This document shows, one piece after another, positions 60,728 to 64,000 of a stretch of DNA of 64,000 nucleotides. Both the position numbers and the translations under genes were made by a program. Positions within the stretch are counted from its first letter, which is position 1. The number at the start of each line of letters is the position of its first letter. The DNA lies in NCBI GenBank assembly GCA_963702475.1, contig CAVPCT010000005.1:160001-224000 (forward strand), written 5' to 3'. This DNA comes from an uncultured Thermoleophilia bacterium (GTDB lineage: Bacteria > Actinomycetota > Thermoleophilia > UBA2241). The notes under the pieces were generated by a model. That model was not told the DNA's origin, did no database searches, and saw nothing but the letters and a program-made list of their open reading frames with translations.

Positions 60728-62392
60728 GTGAACACGGACTCCGTCAGAATCATCCCGCTCGGCGGCCTCGGCGAGATCGGCAAGAACATGACCGCCGTCG
60801 AGTACCGCGGCAAGATCGTCGTGCTCGACTGCGGCGTCGAGTTCCCGAGTGACGACATGCTCGGCATAGACCTCGTGATCCCCGATATCCGATGGCTGCT
60901 CGAGCGCCGCGACGACGTGCTGGCGTTCGTGCTCAGCCACGGCCACGAAGACCATCAGGGGGCGCTGCCCTTCGTCCTCAAGCGGCTCAACAAGCCGGTG
61001 TACGGAAGCCGCCTCACCCTGGCCCTCGTGAAGTCCAAGCTCGACGAGCACGGCCTCCTGGCGAGCAGCGACCTGCACGAGGTCACCGACCGGTCCCGCC
61101 TGCGGCTCGGACCCTTCGACGTGTCGTTCATCGCCACGACCCACAGCGTGCCCGACTCGCTCGCCGTAGTCCTGGGCACCGAGCTCGGCGCCGTCGTCCT
61201 GACCGGCGACTATCGCTTCGACCACACGCCTATCGACGGCCGCATCACCGACGTCAACGGCTTCGCGCGGATCGGCGACCACGGTGTGCTCGCGCTGCTC
61301 GGCGACTCCACCAACGCCGAAACGCCCGGCTCGACCGCCTCGGAGAGCACCGTCGGTCAAGCCTTCCACCAGATCTTCGCCGAGGCCGAGGGGCGGGTCA
61401 TCGTCGCGAGCTTCGCCTCTCACATCCACCGGCTGCAGCAGGCCATCACGATCGGTCACCTGCACGGACGCCGGTTCGCAGTGTCCGGGCGCTCGATGCA
61501 GAAGAACATCAACATCGCGCGCAACCTGGGCTACCTGGACGTGCCCGACGGCGCGATGATCAAGCTCGACCAGATCGACGACCTGCGTCACGACCAGGTG
61601 CTCGTCCTGTCCACGGGCAGCCAGGGCGAGCCCATGTCGGCGCTCACCCGCATGGCCTTCGACGATCATCCGCAGGTCACCATCCGCGAGGGCGACACCG
61701 TCGTCATCTCGGCCAAGGCGATCCCCGGCAACGAGAGCAGCGTGATGGCCACCATCGACCGTCTGCTCAAGGTCGGCGCCACCGTGATCCACGGCGAGAG
61801 GAGCGGCATCCACGTGAGCGGTCACGCCGCTCAGGAAGACCTGAAGATGATGCTCAACCTCACAAAGCCGAAGTTCCTCGTGCCCGTGCACGGCGAGTAC
61901 CGCATGCAGCACACCCACGCCGAGCTCGCGCGCCAGTCGGGGATGCGCGATGAGGACATCTTCATCCTCGAGAACGGCGACGTCCTCGAGCTCGACGCCG
62001 ACAACGGAGAGATCGTCGGCAAGGTGCCGACCGGCATGGTGTTCGTCGACGGCTCGGAGCTTGGCGATCCCGGCGGCGTCGTGCTTCGCGACCGCCAGCA
62101 GTTGGCGGAAGACGGCATCCTCATCGCCGTCGTCACCGTCGACGCCCAGAGCGGCGCCTCGGTGGCGCCGCCGGAGCTGGTCGCCCGTGGCTTGCTGCAC
62201 GACGACGAGCGCCTCCGGGAGCTCCTCGAAGAGTGCCGGTCCGCGCTGGAGAAGCGCATGACCGAGCTCGGGGCGGTACACGTGACCGGCCAGCGCCTCA
62301 TCCGCGACGACATCAAAGAGACGCTCGCCTCGCTGGTGTTCAAGCGCACCCGCAACCGTCCGCTGATCCTGCCGATCGTCGTCGAGGTCTGA
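60728..62392 (+). CDS. rnj: Ribonuclease J
   Basis: PLGGLGEIGKNM, HGHEDH, DSTNA, GSQGEP, HVSGH, PVHGE; leaderless GTG seven nt after TAGGAT. Confidence 0.96.
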   Translation: MNTDSVRIIPLGGLGEIGKNMTAVEYRGKIVVLDCGVEFPSDDMLGIDLVIPDIRWLLERRDDVLAFVLSHGHEDHQGALPFVLKRLNKPVYGSRLTLALVKSKLDEHGLLASSDLHEVTDRSRLRLGPFDVSFIATTHSVPDSLAVVLGTELGAVVLTGDYRFDHTPIDGRITDVNGFARIGDHGVLALLGDSTNAETPGSTASESTVGQAFHQIFAEAEGRVIVASFASHIHRLQQAITIGHLHGRRFAVSGRSMQKNINIARNLGYLDVPDGAMIKLDQIDDLRHDQVLVLSTGSQGEPMSALTRMAFDDHPQVTIREGDTVVISAKAIPGNESSVMATIDRLLKVGATVIHGERSGIHVSGHAAQEDLKMMLNLTKPKFLVPVHGEYRMQHTHAELARQSGMRDEDIFILENGDVLELDADNGEIVGKVPTGMVFVDGSELGDPGGVVLRDRQQLAEDGILIAVVTVDAQSGASVAPPELVARGLLHDDERLRELLEECRSALEKRMTELGAVHVTGQRLIRDDIKETLASLVFKRTRNRPLILPIVVEV

Positions 62393-62469
62393 CCGGCGCC
62401 GCCCGCGACGACGAGGAACGCCTGCGCGTGTGCTCCACGGGTGGCCGGAGGAGACGCACACGGCCCGGG

Positions 62470-62898
62470 CTATACGCGCATGAGCTCCGCGAAGGCGTCC
62501 AGCGCGCGTCTGACAGACTCTGCATCCACAGAGTAGAAGGTCCATTTGCCGCGGATCTCCTCGCGCACCAGCCCGGCTTCGCGGAGCACGCGCAGGTGGT
62601 ACGACGCCTTGGACTGCGCGAGCCCGAAGTGGTCCTGGAAGTCACAGACGCAGATGCCGGCCGGATCGCCCTTGCCCGGCACCCCGCGCTCCGACGGATC
62701 CGGCAGCCCGCAACAAGCTCTGCCCTGCACCATGACGTCGAGCATGTTCAGCCGGATGGGATCGCTCAGAGCCTTCGCCACCCCGGTGAGCCACGCTGCG
62801 TGCGCCGCGCCCTGGGGCGGGCAGCAGACCTGCGCGCGCGGATCCACCCCGCCGCAGCAGCCGGCCCTCCCCATGTCCTCCACCTGGCTCCGGGTCAT
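62470..62898 (-). CDS. arsR: ArsR/SmtB family regulator, Cys-rich
   Basis: KALSDPIRL, ICVCD, SKASYHLRVLREAGLV, RGKWTFY; divergent from arsM. Confidence 0.85.
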   Translation of the reverse strand: MTRSQVEDMGRAGCCGGVDPRAQVCCPPQGAAHAAWLTGVAKALSDPIRLNMLDVMVQGRACCGLPDPSERGVPGKGDPAGICVCDFQDHFGLAQSKASYHLRVLREAGLVREEIRGKWTFYSVDAESVRRALDAFAELMRV

Positions 62899-62914
62899 CC
62901 TCCACCTCCCGACG

Positions 62915-62990
62915 TCACCACAAGTTGTGTTGATGTGGGGTTGACTGCGATCCTCGTCAGTGTACCATCATAGGCAAGAGATTTGATTTG
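62915..62990. promoter_or_regulatory. arsR-arsM divergent promoter/operator region
   Basis: TTGACT-N16-TACCAT at 62941-62968; palindromic CACAAGTTGTG and ATCA...TTTGAT elements. Confidence 0.45.
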
Positions 62991-63020
62991 ACCGCGAGAT
63001 CGAACCATCGAGGAGAGACG

Positions 63021-63878
<858 letters not shown>

Positions 63879-64000
63879 CCCCGGGCGGACAGGGGTACTC
63901 GACTCCTCGCGTCGGAAGGCGACCCTCCACAGCGTCGCGGCCGATGAGGCACGCGCCGGCGCGTACGACGATGGCCTCTTCCCCACCCTGGTCCTGGCGT

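Noticed and set aside
60506-62545. 767-aa minus-strand ORF ending in a ferredoxin
   Set aside because: Only the last 87 codons (from ATG 60505 with RBS) are credible; the rest is antisense to rnj

Overview
A very GC-rich bacterial chromosomal segment. Gene order (polA-rpsA-coaE-slt-uvrB; uvrA; uvrC-ogt-rapZ-yvcK), a CGAAC-N4-GTTCG LexA box and many leaderless genes point to an actinobacterium. Corrinoid, Fe-S and radical SAM genes suggest an anaerobe, possibly Thermoleophilia-like (inference only). Housekeeping content includes the uvr genes, polA, rpsA, tRNA-Leu(GAG), a DinG-exonuclease fusion, hisG, pstSCAB-phoU and RNase J. Accessory content includes lsrF with a Zn-dehydrogenase, a STAS/anti-sigma fusion, an RND pump, a ferritin-like protein with a histone-like tail, two tandem BldC/MerR-HTH-GAF regulators, a DUF2779-like nuclease with an atypical MUG glycosylase, an MNT-HEPN pair, a corrinoid methyltransferase pair, a radical SAM/ferredoxin pair and arsR-arsM. 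No CRISPR array, IS element, integrase or prophage was seen. Best leads: (1) a promoter-and-hairpin-bounded structured sRNA candidate upstream of tRNA-Leu; (2) the HTH-GAF pair; (3) the nuclease-glycosylase pair; (4) the histone-tailed ferritin; (5) an ADP-ribosylglycohydrolase with degenerate metal ligands; (6) a recurring set of genes collapsed by large internal deletions. Several single-base frameshifts in G/C-rich tracts may be sequencing errors. All family assignments come from motif recognition by eye, not from database searches.
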